Shown piece after piece: positions 40,045 to 48,388 of a DNA stretch of 64,000 bases. Below the pieces are notes generated by a model. That model made no database searches, was not told where the DNA came from, and saw only the letters and a list, made by a program, of their open reading frames with translations. The translations under genes and the position numbers were made by a program. Origin of the DNA: an uncultured Prevotellaceae bacterium (GTDB lineage Bacteria; Bacteroidota; Bacteroidia; Bacteroidales; Bacteroidaceae); NCBI GenBank assembly GCA_900318685.1, contig ONLL01000004.1, forward strand, positions 30,694-94,693. The letters are read 5' to 3'. Each line of letters opens with the position of its first letter. Position 1 is the first letter of the stretch.

Positions 40045-40662
40045 CTAGTTTGAGAGACACACAGGGCGAACCGTAAAGCCGTAGTAGCGGTCGATGGGGT
40101 CATTGCTGAAGGTTCTCGAACTGAAGCCCAGATTCCACGCGTTGTACGGGCGGCTCTCGCTGAGCGTGCGCGACCAATAGCCGCCGATGTCCCTACCCCA
40201 GAGCCAACTATCTAAGCGGTAATCAGCAGCGGGAAGGAAAATGGAGTTGCCATTCGACTTGCTGGTAATCAGACGACCTTTGACGCCGTTTTGGGTTGTC
40301 CATTCAGTGGTGGTGTAATTGCTGTTGACGAGTTCTTCGAGCTGCTCTTCGCTTGGCATGCGCCAGGCAGGGCCCCAATTTACATAGGCGGCATCGTCCT
40401 CCGGATCGAGCTCGGTCTTGTCGTCGGTGAAGCCGTCATTGCCGTACCTGCTGTTATTGCAGTACTTGGTCATTGTATCGTAAGAACCATTACACCACTT
40501 GTAGGTGATCCAATGGAAATCAGTCTTGCCGTTCTCGTCATAAGGTTCCGTCTCGCCCCAAGCGAAATAGTCGCCATAGTCCTCAGGGCTGCTGGCACCA
40601 ACGTTCATATTTGCCCAAAGCGTGCCGCTAGGTAATCCAAGGTCAACAGTCGTCACCCCAGC
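40045..40662 (-). pseudogene. Second CLec-like (DUF1566-type) domain, out of frame with the upstream gene at a C7 tract
   Basis: AGVTTVDLGLPSGTLWANMNVGA...YWSRTL...GFTVRPV. No credible start of its own; matches domain 2 of paralog 41762-43642. Confidence 0.7.
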
Positions 40663-41714
40663 GGGGGGGCGAACCGTACAGGGCGCACACTTGAGCCGAT
40701 GCAACGGTTGGGGCGTGCCGTGCCGATGGAGCTCGAATTGAAGTACAAGTTGGACGCGAAGCTCGGGCTGGTGAAGAGCGTACGCGACCAGTAGTTGCCG
40801 AGCGTGCCTGCGTTGTTGAGCGAACTACTGCCGTGGTACCCTGCCGCTGGCAGGAAAATGGAGTTGCCGTTTGTCTTGCTCGTAATCTTCCAACCATTCA
40901 CGCCGCTCTGCGTCGTCCACTCGGTAGTGGTGTAGCTGCTGTTGATGAGTTCTGCGATCTGCTCCTGACTCGGTATGCGCCAATCAGCCCCCCAGTTGAC
41001 GTAAGCGGCATCGTCCTCAGTTTCTAATTCCGTCAAGTTATCCGTGAAGCCGTTGTTGCCATAACTGCTGACGGTGCAGTATTTGGTCAAGGTTTTTTCT
41101 GCCCCGTTGCACCACTTGTAGTTGTTCCAGCCGAAAGTAGTCTTGCCGTTCTCGGCATAAGGTACAATCTCACCCCAAGCGAAATAGTCGCCATAGTCCT
41201 CGGGACTGCTGGCACCAACATTGCAGGTTGCCCACAAAGTGCCGCTGGGAAGGCCGAGGTCGACGTAGTCTCGGCCATCAATAGAACCTGATTGATCACA
41301 ATAGTAGTAGGCAACGGCCCCCGTAGCATAGTCCAACAATAGCAGATAGTTTTTCTCCACCTCGACTACTCCCATCACTTTAACGGTTTTTCCCGACGCA
41401 TTATACATCGTTAGCGTGCCTAAATAGTAGCGGAACTTGTAGGTGGCAGCACCGGGATAATCGGTAGTGCCGTCTTCATTCAGGGTGAATGATGTCCCGT
41501 CAGGAGCATACCAAGTGCCCACGATCAGCGTATTGTCCACGTTGTAGGGTTTTACCAACTGCTTGGGAGCCTTCCCCAGAATCACGTCAACTGCGCTCGT
41601 CACATCTGTGATGGTGACTTCACCGTCGCCATCCATATCGCCCTTCACAATTCCCTGGGCGTTCATGGCTGTTGCTGCGAAGAGCAACAAGAATGTAAAT
41701 AAAGTCTTCTTCAT
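40653..41714 (-). CDS. Secreted protein: dockerin-like repeat + CLec-like (DUF1566-type) domain
   Basis: Signal peptide, GDMDGDGEVTITDV, YVDLGLPSGTLWATCNVGA, WRIPS, SIFLPAAG, YWSRT, SVRPV. Confidence 0.85.
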   Translation of the reverse strand: MKKTLFTFLLLFAATAMNAQGIVKGDMDGDGEVTITDVTSAVDVILGKAPKQLVKPYNVDNTLIVGTWYAPDGTSFTLNEDGTTDYPGAATYKFRYYLGTLTMYNASGKTVKVMGVVEVEKNYLLLLDYATGAVAYYYCDQSGSIDGRDYVDLGLPSGTLWATCNVGASSPEDYGDYFAWGEIVPYAENGKTTFGWNNYKWCNGAEKTLTKYCTVSSYGNNGFTDNLTELETEDDAAYVNWGADWRIPSQEQIAELINSSYTTTEWTTQSGVNGWKITSKTNGNSIFLPAAGYHGSSSLNNAGTLGNYWSRTLFTSPSFASNLYFNSSSIGTARPNRCIGSSVRPVRFAPPLG

Positions 41715-41761
41715 GATTGGTTAGTTTTGTAAATATGTGCAAAGATAGGCAGGAGAGGAGC

Positions 41762-43642
41762 TCATTCTGGGAGACGACGCACAGGGCGAACCGTAAAGCC
41801 GAAGTAACGTAAGCCGTAGCTCGTGTAGACGCTGCTCGAATCGAAGTACAGGCCCCACGCGCGGTCCGGGCTGTCCGAGTTGAGCGTGCGCGACCAGTAG
41901 TCGCCGCCCGAGCCCGCATCGAAGGGCATGCTATCGTAGCGGGACCCTGCAGCGGGCAGGAAAACGGAGTTGCCTTCGTAGTCTTCCATATTACTAGTGA
42001 TCTTCAGGCCATAAACGCCATTCTGGTAGGTCCATTCGGTGGTGGTGTAGTTACTATTGATGAGCTCATTGTATTGGTCGATGCTGGGCATGCGCCAGGC
42101 AGAACCCCAATTTACATAGGCGGCATCGTCCTCCGGCTTCAGTTCGGTCAGGCCACCATTGTTATTATACTTATTGAAGGTGTCACCATTATCATTGGTG
42201 TCAAAGTAGGGGCTCCAATAGAACGTGGTCTTGGTACTCGTCTCGCCCCAAGCGAAATAGTCGCCATAGTCCTCAGGGCTGCTGGCACCAACGTTCATAT
42301 TTGCCCAAAGCGTGCCGCTGGGTAGTCCAAGGTCAACAGCCGTCACCCCAGCGGGGGTGTTGCCTGCCGCCTTTCCATTCTGCGTTACTGTAATTGTACG
42401 TGTCAAAGCATCGGCTGTCACTGTCACCGTTGCACTGCGACTGTCGGTGCTGGTGTTCTCCGAAACGGTAATGGTCAGAGAGCCATCGCCGGTACCAGAG
42501 GCAGGAGATATGATGCACCACGATTCGCTGGAGGAAGCTGTCCAGCTGCCATTGCAATTGATGCTTACCTGCTCGCTACCTCCCAATGATGCAAAAGACA
42601 GCGATGACGCAGAAACCTCCACACCGATTTCTGGGAGCCGTACAGGGCGCACACTAAAGCCGAGGCAACGCTTGCCGTCGCCCCTGCCGGGTCTGTTCGA
42701 AGTTAAGCCCAGGAACCACGCGTGGCTCGGGTCGCTCTCGACGAGCGTGCGCGACCAATAGTAGCCGCCCGAGCCCACATCTAAGAGCGAACTAACGTTG
42801 AGTAACCCTGCAGCGGGCAGGAAAATTGAGTTGCCGTTTGGGCTCTTCACCTCATATCCATTGACATTGTTCTTCGCAGTCAATGTCCAAGTACAATTAG
42901 TACGCAACTCATCGATCTGATACTGACTCGGCATGCGCCAGGCAGGCCCCCAGTTCACGTAAGCAGCATCGTCCTCCGGCTTCAGTTCGGTCAGGCCACC
43001 ATTGTCATAATACTTATTGAAGGTGTTACCATCATCATTGGTGTCAAAGTAGTTGCTCCAATCACTATTATACGAGGTTTTGGCACTCGTCTCGCCCCAA
43101 GCGAAGTAGTCACCGTAGTCTTCGGGACTGCTGGCACCAACATTGCAGGTTGCCCACAAAGTGCCGCTGGGAAGGCCGAGGTCGACGTAGTCATCAGGAT
43201 TATGAAAATTAGGAACTGCCGAGCTGGTGTAGTAGGCAACGGCCCCCGTAGCATAGTCCAACAATAACAGATAGCTTTTCGTCACCTTGACTACTCCCAT
43301 CACTTTAACGGCTTTTCCCGGCACATTATACATCGTGAGCGTGCCTAAATAGTTGCGGAACTTGTACTTGGCAGCACCGGTATAATCTTCGATTGTGCCG
43401 TCTTCATACAGGGTGAATGATGTCCCGTCAGGAGCATACCACGTGCCCACGATCAGCGTATTGTCCACGTTGTAGGGGTTAACCAACTTCTTGGATGCCT
43501 TCCCCAGAATCACGTCAACTGCGCTCATCACGTCTGTAATGGTGACTTCGCCGTCGCCATCCATGTCGCCCTTCACAATTCCCTGGGCGTTCATGGATGT
43601 TGCTGCGAAGAGCAACAAGAATGTAAATAAAGTCTTCTTCAT
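41762..43642 (-). CDS. Secreted protein: dockerin-like + CLec-like + BACON + CLec-like domains
   Basis: N-terminus near-identical to the neighbour; two VDLGLPSG...VRPV domains separated by a BACON-like segment (NGSWTASSSESWC...ENTSTDSRSATVTV). Confidence 0.87.
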   Translation of the reverse strand: MKKTLFTFLLLFAATSMNAQGIVKGDMDGDGEVTITDVMSAVDVILGKASKKLVNPYNVDNTLIVGTWYAPDGTSFTLYEDGTIEDYTGAAKYKFRNYLGTLTMYNVPGKAVKVMGVVKVTKSYLLLLDYATGAVAYYTSSAVPNFHNPDDYVDLGLPSGTLWATCNVGASSPEDYGDYFAWGETSAKTSYNSDWSNYFDTNDDGNTFNKYYDNGGLTELKPEDDAAYVNWGPAWRMPSQYQIDELRTNCTWTLTAKNNVNGYEVKSPNGNSIFLPAAGLLNVSSLLDVGSGGYYWSRTLVESDPSHAWFLGLTSNRPGRGDGKRCLGFSVRPVRLPEIGVEVSASSLSFASLGGSEQVSINCNGSWTASSSESWCIISPASGTGDGSLTITVSENTSTDSRSATVTVTADALTRTITVTQNGKAAGNTPAGVTAVDLGLPSGTLWANMNVGASSPEDYGDYFAWGETSTKTTFYWSPYFDTNDNGDTFNKYNNNGGLTELKPEDDAAYVNWGSAWRMPSIDQYNELINSNYTTTEWTYQNGVYGLKITSNMEDYEGNSVFLPAAGSRYDSMPFDAGSGGDYWSRTLNSDSPDRAWGLYFDSSSVYTSYGLRYFGFTVRPVRRLPE

Positions 43643-43793
43643 GATTGGTTAGTTTTATAAATATGTGCAAAGATAGGCATTTTTTTGATAATCACCAAAA
43701 TAATTGGGGAAAAAGTGACGTAACGCTCGAACATCGAGGCACAGAGAGCACGGAGAAGACAGAGGATTTAGAGTAATGATGATGGGCAGAATG

Positions 43794-44201
43794 CTATCCT
43801 CTCAAGACTTTGATAAACTCGTCGATACCCACCACATCAATGTAAGGAAATGATGTTTGTTTGAGAACATCGTAGTGATGGTCTTCTGTAACGATGTAAC
43901 GGGCGTTAGCCTTGAAAGCGCAATCTACGAATTTGTCATCATCGGGGTCTGCCGTAATAAGATGAAGATGATAGTACACCTGAACCATCTTGGTGTTGGG
44001 CAAATCAAGGATAGCGGTAATAACGTTCGAGGCTATCTCTGGTCCAACTTTCTGAATGAGAATTTCCTCATATTCAGCCAAAATCTCATTAGTGACGCAA
44101 AGGGTGTACTTCCCATCGACGAAATCACGCCAGACAGGATAGTAAGCACTCCGTCGCGAAAGCGACATCAGCAGACAATTGGTATCAAGAACGATGTTCA
44201 T
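43794..44201 (-). CDS. PIN-domain toxin (VapC-like)
   Basis: IVLDTNCL, ILAEYEE, DPDDDKFVDCA, IVTED acidic PIN motifs. Confidence 0.9.
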   Translation of the reverse strand: MNIVLDTNCLLMSLSRRSAYYPVWRDFVDGKYTLCVTNEILAEYEEILIQKVGPEIASNVITAILDLPNTKMVQVYYHLHLITADPDDDKFVDCAFKANARYIVTEDHHYDVLKQTSFPYIDVVGIDEFIKVLRG

Positions 44202-44437
44202 TACTGCTTGTATGGTGTGCGCATGTGTTCAGACTTCCACTCTTCCATCACGTTGTCGTTGAGAACACCCTCATCCCAAAGACGGTCGACAGCATCCTCC
44301 ACTCGCTTGGCGAAATACTGGCCAAGCATGCGGCGAATGTCTTGCATCTCCACTTCTGAGGTTACTCTGGACACCAATTCCAGCATCTCAATCTGGAATG
44401 GGGTAAACGGCTTTGCCTGTAAAGTTGCTGCATCCAT
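44201..44437 (-). CDS. Putative antitoxin
   Basis: 78 aa, 1-nt overlap directly upstream of the PIN gene; PFTPFQIEML...EHMRTPY. Confidence 0.7.
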   Translation of the reverse strand: MDAATLQAKPFTPFQIEMLELVSRVTSEVEMQDIRRMLGQYFAKRVEDAVDRLWDEGVLNDNVMEEWKSEHMRTPYKQ

Positions 44438-44622
44438 AATGAATCTCCTTTTGTATGCTATCAGGCTGCAAAGATAAGCCTTTTTTTGATAATCACCAAA
44501 ATAATTGGGGAAAAAGTGACGTAGCGCTCAAAGAAACTTGAAGTCGTAATAATCTCATCAAAGTTACGTAAATAATCTTAATTCTTCGCGCGTTATTCAA
44601 TATAAATTCGTAATTTTGCACC

Positions 44623-45660
44623 ATGATTCAGAAAAACGGCATCCAGACAATGACGAAGATAGCACTGCCCCTGCTGCTGGGAGGTGCCATCCTCTACTGG
44701 ATGTATCGGGGTTTCGACTTCGAGCGAGTGCGAGAGGTGATGCTCCACGAGATGGACTGGACGTGGATGCTGCTCTCCTTCCCCTTTGGCATCCTGGCTC
44801 AGGCACTGCGAGGCTGGCGCTGGCGACAGACACTGGAGCCGCTCGATGAGCATCCTCGCAGCTGCGTCAGCGTCAATGCCATCTTCCTGAGCTATGCTGC
44901 CTCGCTAGTAGTGCCGCGCATCGGAGAGTTCACCCGCTGTGCCGTGCTGAAGCGATGGGAGGGAATCTCCTTCACCAGGGCTTTGGGGACAGTGGTGACG
45001 GAGCGCATGGTCGACATGCTGCTCATGCTGCTCATCGTGGGAGCGACACTGCTGCTGGAGATGAGCACCTTCGGCACCTTCTTCCGACAGACAGGCACCA
45101 GCCTTCAGGGCATCCTCAGCAGTTTCTCATGGGCAGGGTGGCTGGTTACCATCATCTGTCTCATAGCCATTGGCGTGCTGCTATACATCCTGGTGCGCAA
45201 CCTACAAATATATAATAAGGTGAAGACCACCCTCAGCGACGTATGGAAAGGCATCACCTCGCTGAAGGGCGTGCACAGCGTGCCATCGTTCCTGCTGATG
45301 ACCGTTGGCATCTGGCTCTGCTATTTCCTGCATTATTACCTGACGTTCTTCTGCTTCGACTTCACGGCTCACCTGGGCATAGCTTGCGCCCTGGTGACCT
45401 TTGTCGTAGGATCCATCGCTGTCATCGTGCCCACCCCTAATGGAGCCGGCCCCTGGCATTTTGCCGTGAAGACGATGCTCATCCTCTATGGTGTGCAGGA
45501 AGAGCAGGCACTCTACTTCGTGCTCATCGTCCACACCGTGCAGACGCTGCTGGTAGTGCTGCTGGGTATCTATGCATGGGCAAGACTGGCTTTTATCGAG
45601 GGGCGAGGTACGAGGGGCGAGGTACGAGAATACTCTGCTGGTGGTCAAGAGACAGGATGA
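44623..45660 (+). CDS. Lysylphosphatidylglycerol synthase TM-domain (UPF0104, flippase-like) protein
   Basis: LRGWRW, PRIGEFTR, GTVVTERMVD, VPTPNGAGPWH. The C-terminus runs into a heptamer repeat. Confidence 0.85.
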   Translation: MIQKNGIQTMTKIALPLLLGGAILYWMYRGFDFERVREVMLHEMDWTWMLLSFPFGILAQALRGWRWRQTLEPLDEHPRSCVSVNAIFLSYAASLVVPRIGEFTRCAVLKRWEGISFTRALGTVVTERMVDMLLMLLIVGATLLLEMSTFGTFFRQTGTSLQGILSSFSWAGWLVTIICLIAIGVLLYILVRNLQIYNKVKTTLSDVWKGITSLKGVHSVPSFLLMTVGIWLCYFLHYYLTFFCFDFTAHLGIACALVTFVVGSIAVIVPTPNGAGPWHFAVKTMLILYGVQEEQALYFVLIVHTVQTLLVVLLGIYAWARLAFIEGRGTRGEVREYSAGGQETG

Positions 45661-45989
45661 GACTAATGAGACTATAGAATATAAACATATATAAGATGAG
45701 TGATTTCTATTATCGTAAAGTGGATGCTTACAATTTAGCGAAAGAACTTGCTAAATATGTTTATCAATTGTTGCGTTCTTTTCCCCCAGAAGAACGTTTC
45801 GCCCTAACGGATCAAACTCGAAGGGCAGCCATCTCTGTACCAGCAAACATCAGGGTATCCATGACAATCTACGGGCTAAAGAAATCGTTAGAAGAGAAAA
45901 GTAAGAACCAAAACATTATTAACAACCCCAGGTAGGACTGGAGAGGCTCAAGGTATTCTCGTACCTCGCACCTCGTACCTCGTACCTCG
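45597..45989. mobile_element. Heptamer-IR-bounded four-helix-bundle cassette
   Basis: 37-bp inverted repeats (34/37) built of CGAGGTA units at 45597-45633 and 45953-45989. Confidence 0.6.
45696..45935 (+). pseudogene. Four-helix-bundle (23S rRNA IVP / Avd-like) protein with internal in-frame deletion
   Basis: YRKVDAYNLA..FPPEERFALTDQTRRAAISVPANI joins directly to the last helix (IYGLKKSL). The usual AEG...GS..E middle is missing. Confidence 0.75.
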
Positions 45990-46006
45990 TAAAAACATTA
46001 AAACAA

Positions 46007-47467
46007 ATGAATGACATTCAAAACCTGAAGCCAGCATGCGTCTGGCGCAACTTCTACAAGCTCACACAAGTACCTCGTCCCTCCGGGCATCTGGAGAAGA
46101 TTCAGCAGTTCCTGCTCGACTTCGGCAAGGAGGCTGGCGTGATGGCCGTCAAGGACCCCGCTGGCAACATCCTTTTCCGCAAACCTGCATCGCCAGGAAT
46201 GGAAGGTCGCAAGGGCATCATCCTGCAGGCTCACATGGATATGGTGCCGCAGAAGACACCTGAGTCCACACACAACTTCGAGACTGACCCCATCGAACCT
46301 TGGATTGACGGTGAGTGGGTGAAGGCCAAAGGCACCACTCTGGGCGCTGACAACGGACTGGGCGTAGCCTCAATCATGGCCATCATGGAAGACAAGACTC
46401 TCGTTCACGGTCCCATCGACGCACTCATCACTGCCGACGAGGAAACGGGCATGTTTGGCGCCAACGACCTGCCTAAGGACGAACTGCAGGGTGACATCCT
46501 GCTGAACCTCGACTCTGAGCATTGGGGCAAGTTCGTCATAGGCTCGGCTGGTGGCATCGACGTGACTGCTACTTTGGAGTATAAAGAGGTGGAGACCGAT
46601 CCCGACGACGCTGCCGTCCGCGTAACCATCAAGGGTTTGCGTGGTGGACACTCAGGCCTTGAGATACACGAGGGACGCGGCAATGCCAACAAGCTGATGG
46701 TAAGACTGGTACGCGAGGCCATCGAAGAGCTCGATGCACGTCTGGCCATCTGGCATGGTGGCAATATGCGCAACGCCATCCCCTTCAAGGCTGAGGTGGT
46801 GCTCACCCTGCCGAAGGAGAATGTAGAAGCACTGAAAGAGCTTGCCGCCGACTGGCAAGAAGACTTCAACGACGAGTATAAGATCATCGAGCCGCAGGGC
46901 ATCGAGGTCATCGCCGAAGAAGTGGAAGCCCCAAAGACGGAGCTGCCCGTGGAGATACAGGACAACATCGTGGATGCTATCTACGCTTGTCACGATGGTG
47001 TCATCCGCATGATTCCCTCCTATCCCAACGTCGTGGAGACCAGCTCGAACCTCGCCATCATCGACATTGAGAATGGCAAGGCTGGCATTAAGATCCTGGC
47101 CCGCTCCAGTCGTGAGGACATGAAGGACTATGTGGTGAAGATGCTCGAGAGCTGCTTCAACATGGCAGGCATGAAGGTAGAGACGGCCGGCTCATACGGC
47201 GGATGGGACCCCAACCCCGACAGCGAGGTGCTGCACCTGCTGCTTAAGGAGTACAAGGAGCTCTTCGGCGAGGACGGCATCATACAGGTCGACCATGCAG
47301 GTCTGGAGTGCTCGGTCATCCTGGGCAAGTACCCACATCTCGACGTCGTCAGCCTCGGCCCCACGATGAAGAGTCCGCACACCACCACCGAGCGCGCCCT
47401 CATCGCCACGGTAGAGCCATTCTGGCAGCTGCTGAAGAAGACGCTCGAGGACGTCCCCGCAAAATAA
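46007..47467 (+). CDS. pepD: Aminoacyl-histidine dipeptidase (M20C)
   Basis: VPRPSGH, LQAHMDMV, GTTLGADNG, DEETGM, LNLDSE, GGHSG, HAGLEC. Confidence 0.95.
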   Translation: MNDIQNLKPACVWRNFYKLTQVPRPSGHLEKIQQFLLDFGKEAGVMAVKDPAGNILFRKPASPGMEGRKGIILQAHMDMVPQKTPESTHNFETDPIEPWIDGEWVKAKGTTLGADNGLGVASIMAIMEDKTLVHGPIDALITADEETGMFGANDLPKDELQGDILLNLDSEHWGKFVIGSAGGIDVTATLEYKEVETDPDDAAVRVTIKGLRGGHSGLEIHEGRGNANKLMVRLVREAIEELDARLAIWHGGNMRNAIPFKAEVVLTLPKENVEALKELAADWQEDFNDEYKIIEPQGIEVIAEEVEAPKTELPVEIQDNIVDAIYACHDGVIRMIPSYPNVVETSSNLAIIDIENGKAGIKILARSSREDMKDYVVKMLESCFNMAGMKVETAGSYGGWDPNPDSEVLHLLLKEYKELFGEDGIIQVDHAGLECSVILGKYPHLDVVSLGPTMKSPHTTTERALIATVEPFWQLLKKTLEDVPAK

Positions 47468-47557
47468 ACAATGACCGCCGCTGTATTTTTTCTTCTTTCC
47501 GGGGGTTAGCATTTTGGACGTTCGCCTGTACTATTATAGAGTAAAAGGAGATTTCAA

Positions 47558-48388
47558 ATGCCTACCCAGATAGAACAACTTTACAGCCGGCACTACGACC
47601 GCATGCTGCTCACCGCACGCACGCTACTCGACAACGACGAGGATGCGCGCGATGCGGTGAGCGATGTGTTTACCGAGTTGCTCGCCTCGGGCAAGCAACT
47701 GGATGAGCTGCGGGCCGAGAGCTACTTGCTGGTCAGCGTGCGCAACCGCTGCATGAACATGCTGGAGCACCGTCAGGTGGTAGAAGCATCAGAGAAGCTG
47801 TTGACCCCTGACGATGAGACCTCCAACTACGAAGAGCCGCCACTCGACCAAGTGCTCGACTATATGGACACGCGCCTCACCGACAAGACCAGCAGCGTGA
47901 TGAAACAACGCTTCCTGGGGCGCAAGAAATACAACGAGATAGCCACCGACATGGGCATCAGCCGTATTGCCGTGTACAAGCACCTGTCGCAAGGGCTACG
48001 GCAAATCCGCGCTCACTTCTCTTGGTACACGGCCGTCCTGACATTGCTCTTGCTGCTCTCCGGCGTTGCTCTAGCGTTCTTCATCAGTCATCAGGGCACG
48101 AGTCCTTCACCACAACAGCCGGAGGAGTCATCGGTCAGCACTCCTGCCAGCGTAGCCCATCCACAGCCACAAGTCGTACATTATGAGGACGCGCCACTGG
48201 AGCAGATACTCACTGACATCACCAACTACCACAAGCTGCAATTGCGTTTTCTCAGTGACGGTGCCCGTCGTCTGCGCCTTCATTATGACTGGCATCAGGG
48301 TGACCCCGTCGCCAACATCATCGCCACGCTCAACCTCTTTGAGAGCATCAACCTGGATCTGCGCCAAAATAGCCTCTACGTCAAATGA
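47558..48388 (+). CDS. ECF sigma factor fused to a TM helix and a FecR-C-terminal-like periplasmic domain
   Basis: DARDAVSDVF (region 2), KKYNEIATDMGISRIAVYKHLSQG (region 4), TM, then YEDAPLEQILTDITNYH. Confidence 0.78.
   Translation: MPTQIEQLYSRHYDRMLLTARTLLDNDEDARDAVSDVFTELLASGKQLDELRAESYLLVSVRNRCMNMLEHRQVVEASEKLLTPDDETSNYEEPPLDQVLDYMDTRLTDKTSSVMKQRFLGRKKYNEIATDMGISRIAVYKHLSQGLRQIRAHFSWYTAVLTLLLLLSGVALAFFISHQGTSPSPQQPEESSVSTPASVAHPQPQVVHYEDAPLEQILTDITNYHKLQLRFLSDGARRLRLHYDWHQGDPVANIIATLNLFESINLDLRQNSLYVK

Larger units (their letters stand above)
43666..44529. repeat. 63-bp direct repeats (43666-43728, 44467-44529) flanking a TA pair; each carries a TATCTTTG promoter box
   Basis: 60/63 identity by manual alignment. 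Confidence 0.88.

Noticed and set aside
45696-45935. Four-helix-bundle ORF as the functional Avd of a local DGR
   Set aside because: Internally deleted, no adjacent TR or RT, and the family is common outside DGRs.
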